Shown here: positions 49,802-60,064 of the stretch, one piece after another | Layout: each line of letters opens with the position of its first letter | Numbering within the stretch: the first letter of the stretch is position 1 | Assembly: GCA_965220965.1 (NCBI GenBank) | Contig: OZ244852.1 | Coordinates: forward strand, 992,001-1,056,000 | Direction of reading: 5' to 3' | Length of the DNA stretch: 64,000 bases | DNA from: Candidatus Marinacidobacterium sp. | GTDB taxonomy: Bacteria > Acidobacteriota > Vicinamibacteria > Marinacidobacterales > Marinacidobacteraceae | Position numbers and translations under genes: made by a program | Notes under the pieces: model-generated | What the model was told of the DNA's origin: nothing | What the model saw: the letters and a program-made list of their open reading frames with translations, nothing else | Databases searched by the model: none

Positions 49802-51970
49802 GTGCCCGGTCCGGGCTCTCCTCCGCCGGGCGGAGGCCGGTCGCCGGCGCCGCGCAATCGTCCCCCGGCGACGCTGCGTTGGCGCCGCGCCCGGCGCCTG
49901 GGACGCCTGGCCAGCCTGGCCGCGTTCCTGGGCTTCACGCTCTTCCTGGGACGGGAACTCCGCGAGAGTTTCGCCCGGCGCGGCGCGCCGCCGACGACCG
50001 GGCAGGCCCAGACCGAAGAGCCGGACGAGGTCGTTTCGCGGGCGCTCGAGGCGACCGCCTTCGACAGCGATGGCGCCGTCGTCGAGATCCGCGCAGCCGA
50101 GGCGCTGGGCCACAGCGAAGGCCGTCAGCGCCTCCTGGACGCCGAGGTTCGCCTCGCCGGCGCCGACGAGGGTCGGGATGTCGTCCTGGCGGCCGACGAA
50201 CTGATCCTCGACATCGGCGGATCCATCGCCGTGCTGGATTTCATCGGCAACGCCGTCCTGCGGACCGAGCGGCTGGAGCTGGCCGGTCCGCACCTCCGCT
50301 TCCGGGGAGCGCCGAACCGTCTGTGGTCCATCGACCCCGTTCAGTTCGCCACCGAGGACCTGATCGGGATCGCCGCCGGGATGCAGTTCCGGGTCGGGAC
50401 CGGAGAGGCGCACCTCCAGGGCGTCACCGCCGGGCCGCCGCCCGGAAAGGCCGACCCCGGCGCCGGGGTCCGGATCTCGGCGGGGCGGGCCCACTTCGAT
50501 CCCTGGGAGGGGGTCGTCACCCTCGAGGAGGAGCCGCACCTGACCTCCGGGCGCCTGGAGCTGCGCTCCCGCTCGCCGGTCCTGGTGCGCCGGGACCTCG
50601 AGCGAAGCCAGACCCGCTCGGTGGAGTCCGGCTTCGGAACCGAAGTCGTGGTCCATCCGCCCGGGTCTCAGGACACCGAGCCCGGCGCCGGCGCGACTTC
50701 GGAGGCGATGACCCCGGCCGTGACGCTGCACAGCGACCTCATGGAGATCGAGCTCGGCCCCGCCGCCGTGCCCGCCACCGTCCGGGCCACGGAAAACGTT
50801 GTCCTGGCGCGCGGCGACACCGAGCTTCGCGCCGAGCGGGCGCGGCTCCAACTGACCCCGGAGGGGTCTACCGAACACCTGGAGCTCAACGGGAGCGTCG
50901 AAGCGCGCCTCGAGACCGCCTCCGGAGGTCGGCTCGTCTTCCTCGAGGCCGAACGCATGGAGACCGGCTTCCGCTCCGACGGCGGATTCGGCGCGGCGGA
51001 TTTCTCCGGGGGCGTCAGCGCCCGCATGGGGTCCACGACGTCGACCTCGGAGACCGCCCGCTGGAACGGCCGCGACACCCTCGAGCTGGAGGGCGAGCCC
51101 GCCCTCACCGACCCCGCGCTCCTCGATCTGGAGAGTCCCGAAATCCGGCTGACGCTCGGAAGCGAGAGCCGCGTTCGGGCTCGAAGCGGCGTCATGGTCC
51201 GCTTCGCCCCCGGCGCCCTCGGATGGCTTCCGGGGAAGCACCACGAAGCGGCCCTCACCGCCGATCGCGCCGACCTCTCCGCCGGGAGCGGCAAGGCGCG
51301 GTTCCAGGGCGGCGTGAGGCTCCGCTTCGGCCCGAACCGGGTCAGCTCCGGCGGGCTCGAAGTCGATGCGGAGGCGGGAAAGCTGGTGGCCGCCGGCGGC
51401 GTGGACAGCGCGCTCGAGTTTCCGAGGCCCGCCTCCAGCGAGGAACCGGCGCCGGCGGACGGTGAGGAGCGTCCGGCGCCCGTCGCCGCGGGGCCCTCCG
51501 CCGCTGAGGATGGTGAAGTCCGGGCGCCCGGCGCCGCGCCCGAACCGTTCGCCTTCCGCGCCTCGGCCAACCTGATGGCCTACGACGCCGCAACGTCCCG
51601 CCTCTCGTGGCGCGGGGTCCCCCGGCTGATCCATCGCTTCTCCGAGGACGACCCGAGCGAACTGATCGCCGACCGGCTGGACGCCGCGATCTCGCCGGAC
51701 GGCGCCGCCTCCGCCGTGACCGCCGAGGGCGACGCCCGTTTCGAATGGGAAGCCGGCCGGATCGAGGGCGCCCGGATCCGGTACCGGCCGGGCCTCGACG
51801 AACTGGAAGCCTGGGGCGCTCCCGCCGTCATGGAAGCCGACAGTCGCCGTTCCGAAGGCGGCTGGCTGCGGGTCGGGCTTTCCGAGACGAAGTCCCGGAT
51901 CCATCCTCGGGAGACTCGCCGGGTCGAGACCCGGGTGAAGGTGCGTCGCCCGGGCGGAGACGACCGGTGA
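49802..51970 (+). CDS. Long LptC/LptA(OstA)-like protein (~722 aa)
   Basis: One N-terminal TM helix followed by a long beta-strand-rich region with recurrent 'AD..' and 'L.GNV/GGV' patterns; directly upstream of lptB with a GTGA overlap. Confidence 0.72.
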   Translation: MPGPGSPPPGGGRSPAPRNRPPATLRWRRARRLGRLASLAAFLGFTLFLGRELRESFARRGAPPTTGQAQTEEPDEVVSRALEATAFDSDGAVVEIRAAEALGHSEGRQRLLDAEVRLAGADEGRDVVLAADELILDIGGSIAVLDFIGNAVLRTERLELAGPHLRFRGAPNRLWSIDPVQFATEDLIGIAAGMQFRVGTGEAHLQGVTAGPPPGKADPGAGVRISAGRAHFDPWEGVVTLEEEPHLTSGRLELRSRSPVLVRRDLERSQTRSVESGFGTEVVVHPPGSQDTEPGAGATSEAMTPAVTLHSDLMEIELGPAAVPATVRATENVVLARGDTELRAERARLQLTPEGSTEHLELNGSVEARLETASGGRLVFLEAERMETGFRSDGGFGAADFSGGVSARMGSTTSTSETARWNGRDTLELEGEPALTDPALLDLESPEIRLTLGSESRVRARSGVMVRFAPGALGWLPGKHHEAALTADRADLSAGSGKARFQGGVRLRFGPNRVSSGGLEVDAEAGKLVAAGGVDSALEFPRPASSEEPAPADGEERPAPVAAGPSAAEDGEVRAPGAAPEPFAFRASANLMAYDAATSRLSWRGVPRLIHRFSEDDPSELIADRLDAAISPDGAASAVTAEGDARFEWEAGRIEGARIRYRPGLDELEAWGAPAVMEADSRRSEGGWLRVGLSETKSRIHPRETRRVETRVKVRRPGGDDR

Positions 51971-52734
51971 CCGCGAACGGCCAGAGCCTCCCGCCGGAGG
52001 CGCCGTCCCGACGGCTCGAATGCGAGGGCCTCGTGAAGGTCTACGGGAAGCGCCGGGTCGTGGACGAGGTGGGGGTCTCGGTCCGGAGCGGCGAGGTCGT
52101 CGGCCTGCTGGGCCCCAACGGGGCGGGGAAGACGACCACCTTCCGGATCATCGTGGGACTCACGCAGCCCGAGGCCGGCGCGGTGCGGCTGGATGACCAG
52201 GATCTCACCGGCCTCCCCATGCACCGGCGCGCCCGCAGCGGCATCAGCTACCTGCCGCAGGAACCCTCGGTCTTCCGCGGGCTTACGGTCGAGGAGAACC
52301 TCCTGGCGGTCGCCCAGCAGCAGCCGCGACGCCGACGCGCGGCGCGTCGGGAGCAGGTCGACCGCCTGCTCCGGGACTTCGATCTGGAGGCGAGACGCCG
52401 CGATCTGGGCCACTCGCTCTCCGGCGGCGAGCGGCGCCGGGTCGAAATCGCCCGCGCGCTCGTGCCCGAGCCCGCCTTCCTGCTGCTCGACGAGCCCTTC
52501 GCCGCCATCGATCCCATCGCGGTCGGAGAGCTCCAGGAAATCGTCGAGCGCCTCCGGGACCGCGGCCTCGGCCTGCTGGTCACCGACCACAGCGTGCGCG
52601 AGACGCTCCGGGTGACGGACCGCGCCTTCATCATCGAAGAGGGCCGCATCCTGTTCGAGGGAACGCCGGCGGACCTGGTCGAGAGCGCCGCGGTGCGGCG
52701 CGCCTACCTCGGCGAGAACTTCGAGTGGCGATGA
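51967..52734 (+). CDS. lptB: LPS export ABC transporter ATP-binding protein
   Basis: GLLGPNGAGKTTTF, LPMHRRAR.GISYLPQE, LSGGERRRVEIARAL, LLDEPFA.IDP, TDHSVRE and YLGENF. Confidence 0.96.
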   Translation: MTANGQSLPPEAPSRRLECEGLVKVYGKRRVVDEVGVSVRSGEVVGLLGPNGAGKTTTFRIIVGLTQPEAGAVRLDDQDLTGLPMHRRARSGISYLPQEPSVFRGLTVEENLLAVAQQQPRRRRAARREQVDRLLRDFDLEARRRDLGHSLSGGERRRVEIARALVPEPAFLLLDEPFAAIDPIAVGELQEIVERLRDRGLGLLVTDHSVRETLRVTDRAFIIEEGRILFEGTPADLVESAAVRRAYLGENFEWR

Positions 52735-54215
52735 CGAAGATGCAGGCGCCGCGCACCGAACTCCGGGTCGGGGTCCGGCAGCAGCAGCGGCTGACGCTCA
52801 CGCCCCAGGTCCGCCAGACCATCGAGATGCTCGCCCTCCCGCTCGTGGAGCTGCGGCTCCGGGTGCAGGAGGAGCTGCTCCAGAACCCGGCGCTCGAGGA
52901 ACTGGCGGATGGCGAGGAGGACGGCGCCGAGGATCTCGACGCGGCCGGCGCGGAGGACCGGGAAGAGGACGAAGAGGAAGACGAGGAGGTCCTCGCGGAG
53001 CCCGACCGCGACCCGATGTCGGAAATCGAGGCGGAGGACTTCTACCGGCACAACCACGAGAACACCGGCGGCCTGGCGCTCGGGGAGGATCCTCCCACGC
53101 TGGAGCGCACCCTCGCCGCCGGGCGCACGCTGGCCGAACACCTGACCGAGCAGCTCGGCGCCACCGTCCGCACCGAGAGGGAGCGCGATATCGGGATCCA
53201 GATCATCGGAAACCTCGACGAGCGGGGCTACCTGGACGCCACCGTGGCGGAGCTCGCCGCCGCGCTCGGCGTCCCCGAGGCCCAGGTCGAGGCGGTGCGG
53301 CGCATGATCCTCGCCTTCGACCCTCCGGGATCGGCGGCGCTCGATCTGCGCGAGTGCCTGCTGGCCCAGCTCGAGGCGATGGGCCAGGCGGACTCGCCAC
53401 CCGCCGCCATCGTCCGGGACCATCTGGATCTCCTGACCGGACAGCGATTCCGCGAAATCGCCCGCGCTCTCGGCGCGCCGCCGCCGGAAGTCATGCGCTG
53501 GGTCCGGCAGATCGGCGAGCTGGACTTCCGCCCGGGAAGCGGTTTCTCGGCCGCGCCCGACGCGGCGGTCATCCCGGACGCGCGGGTCTACCGGTTCAAC
53601 GGCCAGTGGCGCGTCGAAATGGCCGATTCCGGACCCCGGCTCCGGGCGAGCCCGGTCTACCTCCAGATCCTGCGGCGACCCACCGAGCACACCCCCGGGG
53701 AGCAGGCGTTCGCCCGCGAGGCGTGGATCCGGGCCAAGGGATTCCAGCGGTCGGTGCAGCAACGCCAGGAGACGCTGCGGCTGGTCGCCGAGGACATCGT
53801 GGGGAAGCAGTCCGAGTTCCTCGACCGGGGCATCGACCACATCCGGCCGCTCGTCCTGAACGACGTGGCCCGGGACATCGGTCGGGCGGAATCCACCGTC
53901 TCCCGCGTCGTCAGCAACAAGTACCTGGAGACGCCCCGGGGGGTGATCCCGTTCCGGCGGTTCTTCCACAGCGCCCTCGCGCTTCGCAACGGACAGCAGG
54001 TGTCCTCCGAGGCGGTTCGCGCCAAGGTTCAGCGCATCGTCAACCGGGAGGATCCGGAACACCCTCTGGCTGACGACCAGATCGCCCGCCTGCTCGACCG
54101 CGACGGGATCATCATCGCCCGCCGCACGGTCGCCAAGTACCGGAAGGCGCTCCGCATCCCGTCCTCCTCCGAGCGCCGCGCCCGCTACCGGAACCGGCCC
54201 TCCCAAGACTCGTGA
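52731..54215 (+). CDS. rpoN: RNA polymerase sigma-54 factor
   Basis: Q/L-rich region I, NPALE, IIGNLDERGYL, LRECLLAQL, ESTVSRV..NKY and the RpoN box ARRTVAKYR. Confidence 0.97.
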   Translation: MTKMQAPRTELRVGVRQQQRLTLTPQVRQTIEMLALPLVELRLRVQEELLQNPALEELADGEEDGAEDLDAAGAEDREEDEEEDEEVLAEPDRDPMSEIEAEDFYRHNHENTGGLALGEDPPTLERTLAAGRTLAEHLTEQLGATVRTERERDIGIQIIGNLDERGYLDATVAELAAALGVPEAQVEAVRRMILAFDPPGSAALDLRECLLAQLEAMGQADSPPAAIVRDHLDLLTGQRFREIARALGAPPPEVMRWVRQIGELDFRPGSGFSAAPDAAVIPDARVYRFNGQWRVEMADSGPRLRASPVYLQILRRPTEHTPGEQAFAREAWIRAKGFQRSVQQRQETLRLVAEDIVGKQSEFLDRGIDHIRPLVLNDVARDIGRAESTVSRVVSNKYLETPRGVIPFRRFFHSALALRNGQQVSSEAVRAKVQRIVNREDPEHPLADDQIARLLDRDGIIIARRTVAKYRKALRIPSSSERRARYRNRPSQDS

Positions 54216-54661
54216 TCGGAATCGTCGTCGTCACGCACGGGCAACTGGCCCGGGAGCTCGTCGCCGCCGCCGAAATGATCACCGGCGACGACATCCCGAA
54301 CGCAACCTCGGTGTCCATCGGGTGGCACGACTCTCCGGACGACGCCCGGCGCGCCATCGTCGCGGCGGTGGAGCGGGTGTCGGGTGACGCCGGCGTCGTC
54401 GTCCTGACCGACATGTTCGGCGGCACCCCCTCGAACCTCGCGCTCAGCCTGCTGAAGAAGGGCGTCACCGAAGTCGTGACCGGCGTCAACCTCCCCATGC
54501 TGATCCGGCTCGTCTCCCTCCGGGAGGAGGAACAGGTCTCGACCACCGCGGCGGCCCGCGCGGCGGTTTCCCAGGGCAAGGAGAACATCTACCTGGCCTC
54601 CGAGCTGCTGCGGGAGGCGCCGGACGCCGGAGACTCCCCGGGCGAGGAACCCGGGGACTGA
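54212..54661 (+). CDS. PTS mannose/fructose-type EIIA component
   Basis: IVVVTHG, LTDMFGGTPSN and VVTGVNLPML. Confidence 0.93.
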   Translation: MIGIVVVTHGQLARELVAAAEMITGDDIPNATSVSIGWHDSPDDARRAIVAAVERVSGDAGVVVLTDMFGGTPSNLALSLLKKGVTEVVTGVNLPMLIRLVSLREEEQVSTTAAARAAVSQGKENIYLASELLREAPDAGDSPGEEPGD

Positions 54662-54683
54662 CCCCGACGCGGGAGAGCGCAGG

Positions 54684-55019
54684 GTGGCGACGCGGGTCGT
54701 CCGGGTGGTGAATCCGCTCGGGCTGCACGCCCGCGCCGCCGCCCGCTTCGTGAAGGCGGCGAACCGCTTCGACGCCACCGTGGCGGTCACCCATCAGGAC
54801 GCCACGATCGACGGCAAGAGCATCCTGGGCCTCCTGTTCCTGGCCGCCGCCCAGGGGAGCCGCCTCTCGATCCGCACCTCGGGCCCCGAAGAGGAGCAGG
54901 CGCTCGAGGCGCTGGCCGCTCTCGTCAGGAGCGGCTTCGGCGAACTCGCCGGGTCGCCAGGCGTCCCGTCGCCCGCCGACGGGGTCGGCGGCCTCCCGGA
55001 TCCGGCGGAGCCCTCATGA
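54684..55019 (+). CDS. ptsH: Phosphocarrier protein HPr
   Basis: NPLGLHARAAA (His15) and DGKSILG (Ser46). Confidence 0.95.
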   Translation: MATRVVRVVNPLGLHARAAARFVKAANRFDATVAVTHQDATIDGKSILGLLFLAAAQGSRLSIRTSGPEEEQALEALAALVRSGFGELAGSPGVPSPADGVGGLPDPAEPS

Positions 55020-56785
55020 CGGCGTCCGGGGAGTCCGCGCCGCCCCGCAAGCCGCCGCGAGACCTGACGCTTCGCGGCGAGCCGGCGGCGCCCGGCGTCG
55101 CCGTGGCCCGAACCCTGCTGTTCGAGCGTCTGGCCGTCCCGGTGTTCCGCCTCCGCATCCCGCAGCGCGCGGTGGCGGCCGAGATCCGACGGTTTCACGG
55201 CGCGCGGCGCGCCGCCGCGGATCAGTTGCGGGCGATCCGGGAGTCCACCAGCAAGGCCCTCGGCGGAGACCGGGCCTTCCTGTTCGAGGCGCAGCGCCTC
55301 ATGCTGGAGGACCCGCTGCTGGTGGACCGGGTCGAGGAGGTCATCGGCTCGGATCAGGTCAACGCCGAGTGGGCGGTCCGCACCGTCCTCCGGGAGCTCG
55401 AGTCCGTCTTCGACGGGCTCGCCGACGAATACCTGCGGCAGCGGAAGGGGGACATCGAGGACGTCGGCGGGCGGTTGCTGCGGAACCTCTCGGGCCCCGG
55501 GACGGCGACGCCGGCGCTCCCGGAGCGCGGGCGGAGCATCGTCGCCGCCACCGACCTGCTTCCCTCCGATGCGGTTCATCTCGACTGGAGCCGGATGGCC
55601 GGGCTCGCGATGGAGTCGGGCGGACCGACCTACCACACCGCCATCCTCGCCCGCTCCCAGGATCTGCCGTGCGTGACCGGGGTGCGCGGCCTGATGCGCC
55701 ACCTTTCTCCCGGCGTGCCGATCGTCGTGGACGGCTCGGAGGGGCTCGTCATCGTCGATCCCTCCCCGGCGACCGCGGCGCGCTACCGACGTCGACGGGA
55801 GCGCCGGCGGAAACGGCTGCTCCAGCTCCGGGCCGCCACCCCGGACCGCGCTGCGACGCGGAACGGCGTCCGGATCACGCTGATGGCGAATCTGGACGAA
55901 CCCGACGAGATCGAGTTCGTGCGCCGGAACGGGGCCGAGGGAGTCGGGCTGTTCCGGACCGAGCACCTCGCCGTCCAGGAAATACCTGGCGAGGAAGAGC
56001 AGTACCGCATCTACCGGGACCTCGCGGCCGCCGTCGCTCCGCATCCGTTCGTGGTCCGCGCCTTCGATCTCGACGCGACGAGCGTTGGATGGTCCCGGGA
56101 GCGAAATCCGGCCCTCGGTCTCCGGGGGGTGCGGCTGCTCCTCGAGGAGGCCTCGGCGATCTTCGAAACCCAGATCCGGGCGGTTCTGCGCGCCGCGACG
56201 CACGGCAACGTGCAGTTGATGTTCCCGATGGTGGGCGGCCTCGAGGAGTTCCGCGCCGCCCGCACCCACGTGACCGCGGCGCTACGGGCGCTCCGGCATC
56301 GGGGCGCGGCGTTCCGGGAGGTCCCGCTCGGCGCGATGCTGGAGGTGCCGTCCGCCGCCGCCACCGCGGATCTGCTGGTGCGGGAGGCCGAATTCCTGAG
56401 CATCGGAACGAACGACCTGATGCAGTACCTGTTTGGCGCCGACCGGGCGAATCAGCGGGTCGCCCGCTACGCCGACGCCCTCCACCCGGCGCTCCTGCGG
56501 ACGGTCCGTTTCGCCGCCCGGGTGACGCGCCGCAGCGGGATCCCGCTCGCCATCTGCGGCGAAGTGGCCGCCGAGCCGGTGGTCATCCCCCTCCTGCTCG
56601 GCTTCGGACTCCGCACCTTCTCCATGAGCCCGCACTCGATTCCCGAGGTGAAGCGGACGATCGCCGCCCTCGACACCGATGAGACCGAAGAGCTGGCGCA
56701 GGAGGCCGTCCTCCTCACGACGGCCCGCCGCGTCCGCGCCCGCGTTCTCCGGCGGACGCCCCCGCGCCAGCCCCGGGGCGACTGA
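55016..56785 (+). CDS. ptsI: Phosphoenolpyruvate-protein phosphotransferase (enzyme I)
   Basis: GGPTYHTAILAR (phospho-His), GVGLFRTE, ERNPALGLRG, MLEVP, SIGTNDL and ICGE. Confidence 0.96.
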   Translation: MTASGESAPPRKPPRDLTLRGEPAAPGVAVARTLLFERLAVPVFRLRIPQRAVAAEIRRFHGARRAAADQLRAIRESTSKALGGDRAFLFEAQRLMLEDPLLVDRVEEVIGSDQVNAEWAVRTVLRELESVFDGLADEYLRQRKGDIEDVGGRLLRNLSGPGTATPALPERGRSIVAATDLLPSDAVHLDWSRMAGLAMESGGPTYHTAILARSQDLPCVTGVRGLMRHLSPGVPIVVDGSEGLVIVDPSPATAARYRRRRERRRKRLLQLRAATPDRAATRNGVRITLMANLDEPDEIEFVRRNGAEGVGLFRTEHLAVQEIPGEEEQYRIYRDLAAAVAPHPFVVRAFDLDATSVGWSRERNPALGLRGVRLLLEEASAIFETQIRAVLRAATHGNVQLMFPMVGGLEEFRAARTHVTAALRALRHRGAAFREVPLGAMLEVPSAAATADLLVREAEFLSIGTNDLMQYLFGADRANQRVARYADALHPALLRTVRFAARVTRRSGIPLAICGEVAAEPVVIPLLLGFGLRTFSMSPHSIPEVKRTIAALDTDETEELAQEAVLLTTARRVRARVLRRTPPRQPRGD

Positions 56786-56803
56786 GGGCCGCTCCGGCGG
56801 CCC
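56786..56803. terminator. GC hairpin between the convergent ptsI and dnaE2 genes
   Basis: GGGCCGC-TCCG-GCGGCCC directly after the ptsI stop; no U-tract. Confidence 0.35.
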
Positions 56804-56819
56804 GGTCCGGGCTGGCCGG

Positions 56820-59800
56820 TCAGTGGAAGTCGCGGCTCGGGACGCGCGGAGCAGGTGAGGGGAGAGGGAGCTCGGGACGGAAGAGATGGTCCACGACGAG
56901 GTGGACGGCGCCGTCTTCGGACTCCATGCGTCCGGCGGCGCCAAGGAACGACTCGGTGCGAGCGATCCCGCCCCAGCGTTCGAAGACCTTCGGCCACAAC
57001 ACCAGGTTCACGAAGCCGGTCTCATCCTCGAGCGTCATGAACACGACCCCCGACGCGGTCCCCGGGCGCTGGCGACAGATGACCAGTCCGGCATAGCGAC
57101 CCCGGGCCCGGTGCGGCAGGGCGTTCAGTTCCCGGGCGGTGGGCAGTCCGGCCGCCGCAAGCCGCTTCCGGATCGGCGCCAGCGGGTGGCCGCGAGTGCT
57201 GTGGGCCAGCGTTCGATGATCCCAGACGATGGATTCCAGCGAATCGAGGGGCTGGAACCGGGTCTCCCTTCCGGGGAGGTCGAGAGACGGAGCTTCCCGC
57301 CGCCGGGCCGCCTCCCGGGCTGCGCCGAGCGCCTCCCAGATCGCCTCGCGCCGTCCCCGGGGGCCGAGGCTGCGGAAAGCGTCCGCTTCGGCGAGCGCGA
57401 GGAGGGCCTTGCGGTGGAGCCCGGTGCGGCCAGCCAGGTCGCGGACCGAAGCGAACGGCGCCTCCTTGCGGACGGACAGGATCCGCTCGCCATCCTCGGC
57501 CCCGAGGCCCTTCACGTACCTCAGCCCCATCCGGACCGCCGGGACCCCGTTCCGGCCGCCCTTCCCATCCTCCGGAAACAGCGAACAGTCCCATCCGCTC
57601 ACCGCCACATCCACCGGAAGGAAACCAACCCCTCGCCGCTTCGAATCCTCGACGATCGTCGCGGGGGAATAGAAGCCCATCGGCTGGGCGTTCAGCAGGG
57701 CGCAGGCGAACTCCGCCGGGTAGTGGCGAAGCAGGAAGGCGCCCACGTAGCTGACCAGGGCGAAACTCGCCGCGTGGCTCTCGGGAAAGCCGTACTCCCC
57801 GAAGCCCTGGATCTGCCGGAAGATCCGCTCGGCGAACCCCGGCTCGATCCCCTTGGCGCACATCCGCGACAGCAGGCGGGCCCGGTGCCGCTCCATCCGC
57901 CCGGTGCGCCGCCAGGCGGCCATGTCCCGGCGAAGCTGGTCCGCCTCCCCGGGGGTGTAGTCGGCGGCCACCACCGCGAGCCGCATGACCTGCTCCTGAA
58001 ACAGGGGAACCCCGAGCGTTTTCTCGAGGACCGGCCGGAGTGACGGGTGGGGATACTCCACCGGCTCCTCCCCCCGGCGGCGGCGGAGGTAGGGGTGGAC
58101 CATCCCCCCCGAGATCGGGCCCGGCCGCACGATGCTCACCTGGATGACGAGGTCGTACCAGGTCCTCGGTCGGAGCCGGGGTAGCATCGCCATCTGGGCC
58201 CGGCTCTCGATCTGGAACACCCCCACGGTCTCCGCCCGCCGGATCATGGCGAAGGTCTCCGGGTCGTCGGCGGGAACCGACGCCATCGACAGCTCCAGCC
58301 CGCGGTGCTCCCGGAGCAGACGAAAGCACAGGTCCAGTTGGGTCAGCGCGCCCAGCGCGAGCAGGTCCACCTTGAACAGGCGCATCTCCTCGATGTCGTC
58401 CTTGTTCCACTGGATGACCGTCCGTCCCTCCATCGCGGCGTTCTCCACCGGGACCAGATGGGAGACCGGCTCCTCTCCGAGGAGAAAGCCCCCGGGATGG
58501 ATCGACAGATGACGCGGGAACCCCTGGATCTCGCCCGCCAGCCGGATCAGGTGGTGAACCGCCGGGTTCTCCGGAGACCAGCCGGCCTCCGGGAGCCGCT
58601 CGGCCGAGAGCGGCTCGTAATGCGTGAACCGCCGGGCCAGCCGGTCCACCGCCCGATCGGAAAATCCCAGCGCCTTCCCGACATCCCGGATGGCCGAGCG
58701 GGTGCGGTAGCGGACCGTGTTCGCCACCATCGCGGCCCGCCCCTCGCCGTAGCGCCGGTACATGAACCGGATGACCTCCTCCCGACGGGAATGCATGATG
58801 TCGAGGTCGATGTCCGGCGGCTCGTCCCGCTCCCGGGACAGGAAGCGCTCGAAGAGCAACCCCATGCGCACCGGATCCACCGCGGTGATCCCGAGGCAGT
58901 AGCACACCGCCGAGTTCGCCGCCGACCCGCGCCCCTGGCAGAGGATCTCCCGCTCCCGGCAGAAGCGCACGATCCGGTTCATGGTCAGGAAGTAGCCGCC
59001 GTAGCCCAGCTCTCCGATGAGCTGCAGCTCCTTCTCCAGTTGCCGGCGGACCCGGTCGGGCACGCCCTCCGGGTAACGCTCCGCCGCTCCGCGGAAGGTG
59101 AGCTGGCGAAGACCATCCGCCGGCCCCATGCCGTCCGGGGCGTCCTCGGCGGGGTAGCGGTAGCGGATCTCGTCGAGCGAGAAGGCGCACTCCCCGGCGA
59201 TCTCGAGGGTCGAAGCAACCGCCACCGGATCGTCGGCGAACCGTTCCCCGAACACCGCCGGAGAGAGCAGCCCATGCTCGGCGTTGGGCCGCAACCGGCG
59301 ACCCGCCTTCGCGAGGGGAACCCCGTGCCGGATCGCGGTGAGCACATCCTGGAGGTCCCGCCGCCCCGGGCGGTGATAGAGCGCCTCCACCGCAGCGGCC
59401 ACCGGGATCCGGAAGCGCTTCGCCAGCCGTCGCCGACGGCCTTCGGCGGGAACATCGGTGTCCCGCCGGTGACGGGTGATCAGGATGTGAAGACGATCCG
59501 GGAACGCCTCCCGCAGCAACTGCGCCGGAAGGTCGGGAGGAGACGCCCCGTCGAGCGCCGAAATCCCGCCTCCCCAGAGCGCGTGGAGCCCCTCGGCGTG
59601 TTCCGCGATCTCCCGCCAGAAGACCCCCGCCGTTCCCTTGCGGGTTCCTCTCACCCCGGGGGACTCCTCCCCCGGAGTGGGGATCCGCGGACCCCGGAGC
59701 AGCCCCCGGGTCAGCAGCCGGCAGAGATTGCGGTAGCCCTTCCGGTCGCGCGCGAGAAGGAGAATGTCCCCCGGAGACTCCGGCGCCGGCGCTTCCTTAT

Positions 59801-60032
59801 CGCGGCGTTTCGGCGCCGGTTCCGGCGCGACCCGCACCTCAGCCCCAAGAAGGAGCTGGATTCCGTGGCGCCGGGCGGCGGCGTGGGCGCGGACCGCGCC
59901 ATAGAGGCCGTTCCGGTCGGTGAGCGCGATCCCCGGGAGACCGAGCCGGTGGGCCTCTTCAACGAGCTCTTCCGGGTGGCTCGCGCCTTCGAGAAAGGAA
60001 GCGTTGCTCTTGTTGTAGAGAGGGAAGTACAC
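56820..60032 (-). CDS. dnaE2: Error-prone DNA polymerase DnaE2 (ImuC)
   Basis: SNASFLEGASHPEEL, QGRGSAANS, EPPDIDLD, PRHLSIHPGG, FQIESRAQ, FPESHAASF, LLNAQPMGFY and the C-terminal SRDFH. Confidence 0.97.
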   Translation of the reverse strand: MYFPLYNKSNASFLEGASHPEELVEEAHRLGLPGIALTDRNGLYGAVRAHAAARRHGIQLLLGAEVRVAPEPAPKRRDKEAPAPESPGDILLLARDRKGYRNLCRLLTRGLLRGPRIPTPGEESPGVRGTRKGTAGVFWREIAEHAEGLHALWGGGISALDGASPPDLPAQLLREAFPDRLHILITRHRRDTDVPAEGRRRRLAKRFRIPVAAAVEALYHRPGRRDLQDVLTAIRHGVPLAKAGRRLRPNAEHGLLSPAVFGERFADDPVAVASTLEIAGECAFSLDEIRYRYPAEDAPDGMGPADGLRQLTFRGAAERYPEGVPDRVRRQLEKELQLIGELGYGGYFLTMNRIVRFCREREILCQGRGSAANSAVCYCLGITAVDPVRMGLLFERFLSRERDEPPDIDLDIMHSRREEVIRFMYRRYGEGRAAMVANTVRYRTRSAIRDVGKALGFSDRAVDRLARRFTHYEPLSAERLPEAGWSPENPAVHHLIRLAGEIQGFPRHLSIHPGGFLLGEEPVSHLVPVENAAMEGRTVIQWNKDDIEEMRLFKVDLLALGALTQLDLCFRLLREHRGLELSMASVPADDPETFAMIRRAETVGVFQIESRAQMAMLPRLRPRTWYDLVIQVSIVRPGPISGGMVHPYLRRRRGEEPVEYPHPSLRPVLEKTLGVPLFQEQVMRLAVVAADYTPGEADQLRRDMAAWRRTGRMERHRARLLSRMCAKGIEPGFAERIFRQIQGFGEYGFPESHAASFALVSYVGAFLLRHYPAEFACALLNAQPMGFYSPATIVEDSKRRGVGFLPVDVAVSGWDCSLFPEDGKGGRNGVPAVRMGLRYVKGLGAEDGERILSVRKEAPFASVRDLAGRTGLHRKALLALAEADAFRSLGPRGRREAIWEALGAAREAARRREAPSLDLPGRETRFQPLDSLESIVWDHRTLAHSTRGHPLAPIRKRLAAAGLPTARELNALPHRARGRYAGLVICRQRPGTASGVVFMTLEDETGFVNLVLWPKVFERWGGIARTESFLGAAGRMESEDGAVHLVVDHLFRPELPLPSPAPRVPSRDFH

Positions 60033-60064
60033 CGCGGGGGGTCACGACGGATCGGAGTGGGGGA

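Noticed and set aside
49793-49804. Fourth CTGA-type CTG start, for the LptC/A-like gene
   Set aside because: An in-frame GTG three codons later (49802) has GGGAG at suitable spacing, so CTG is not needed.
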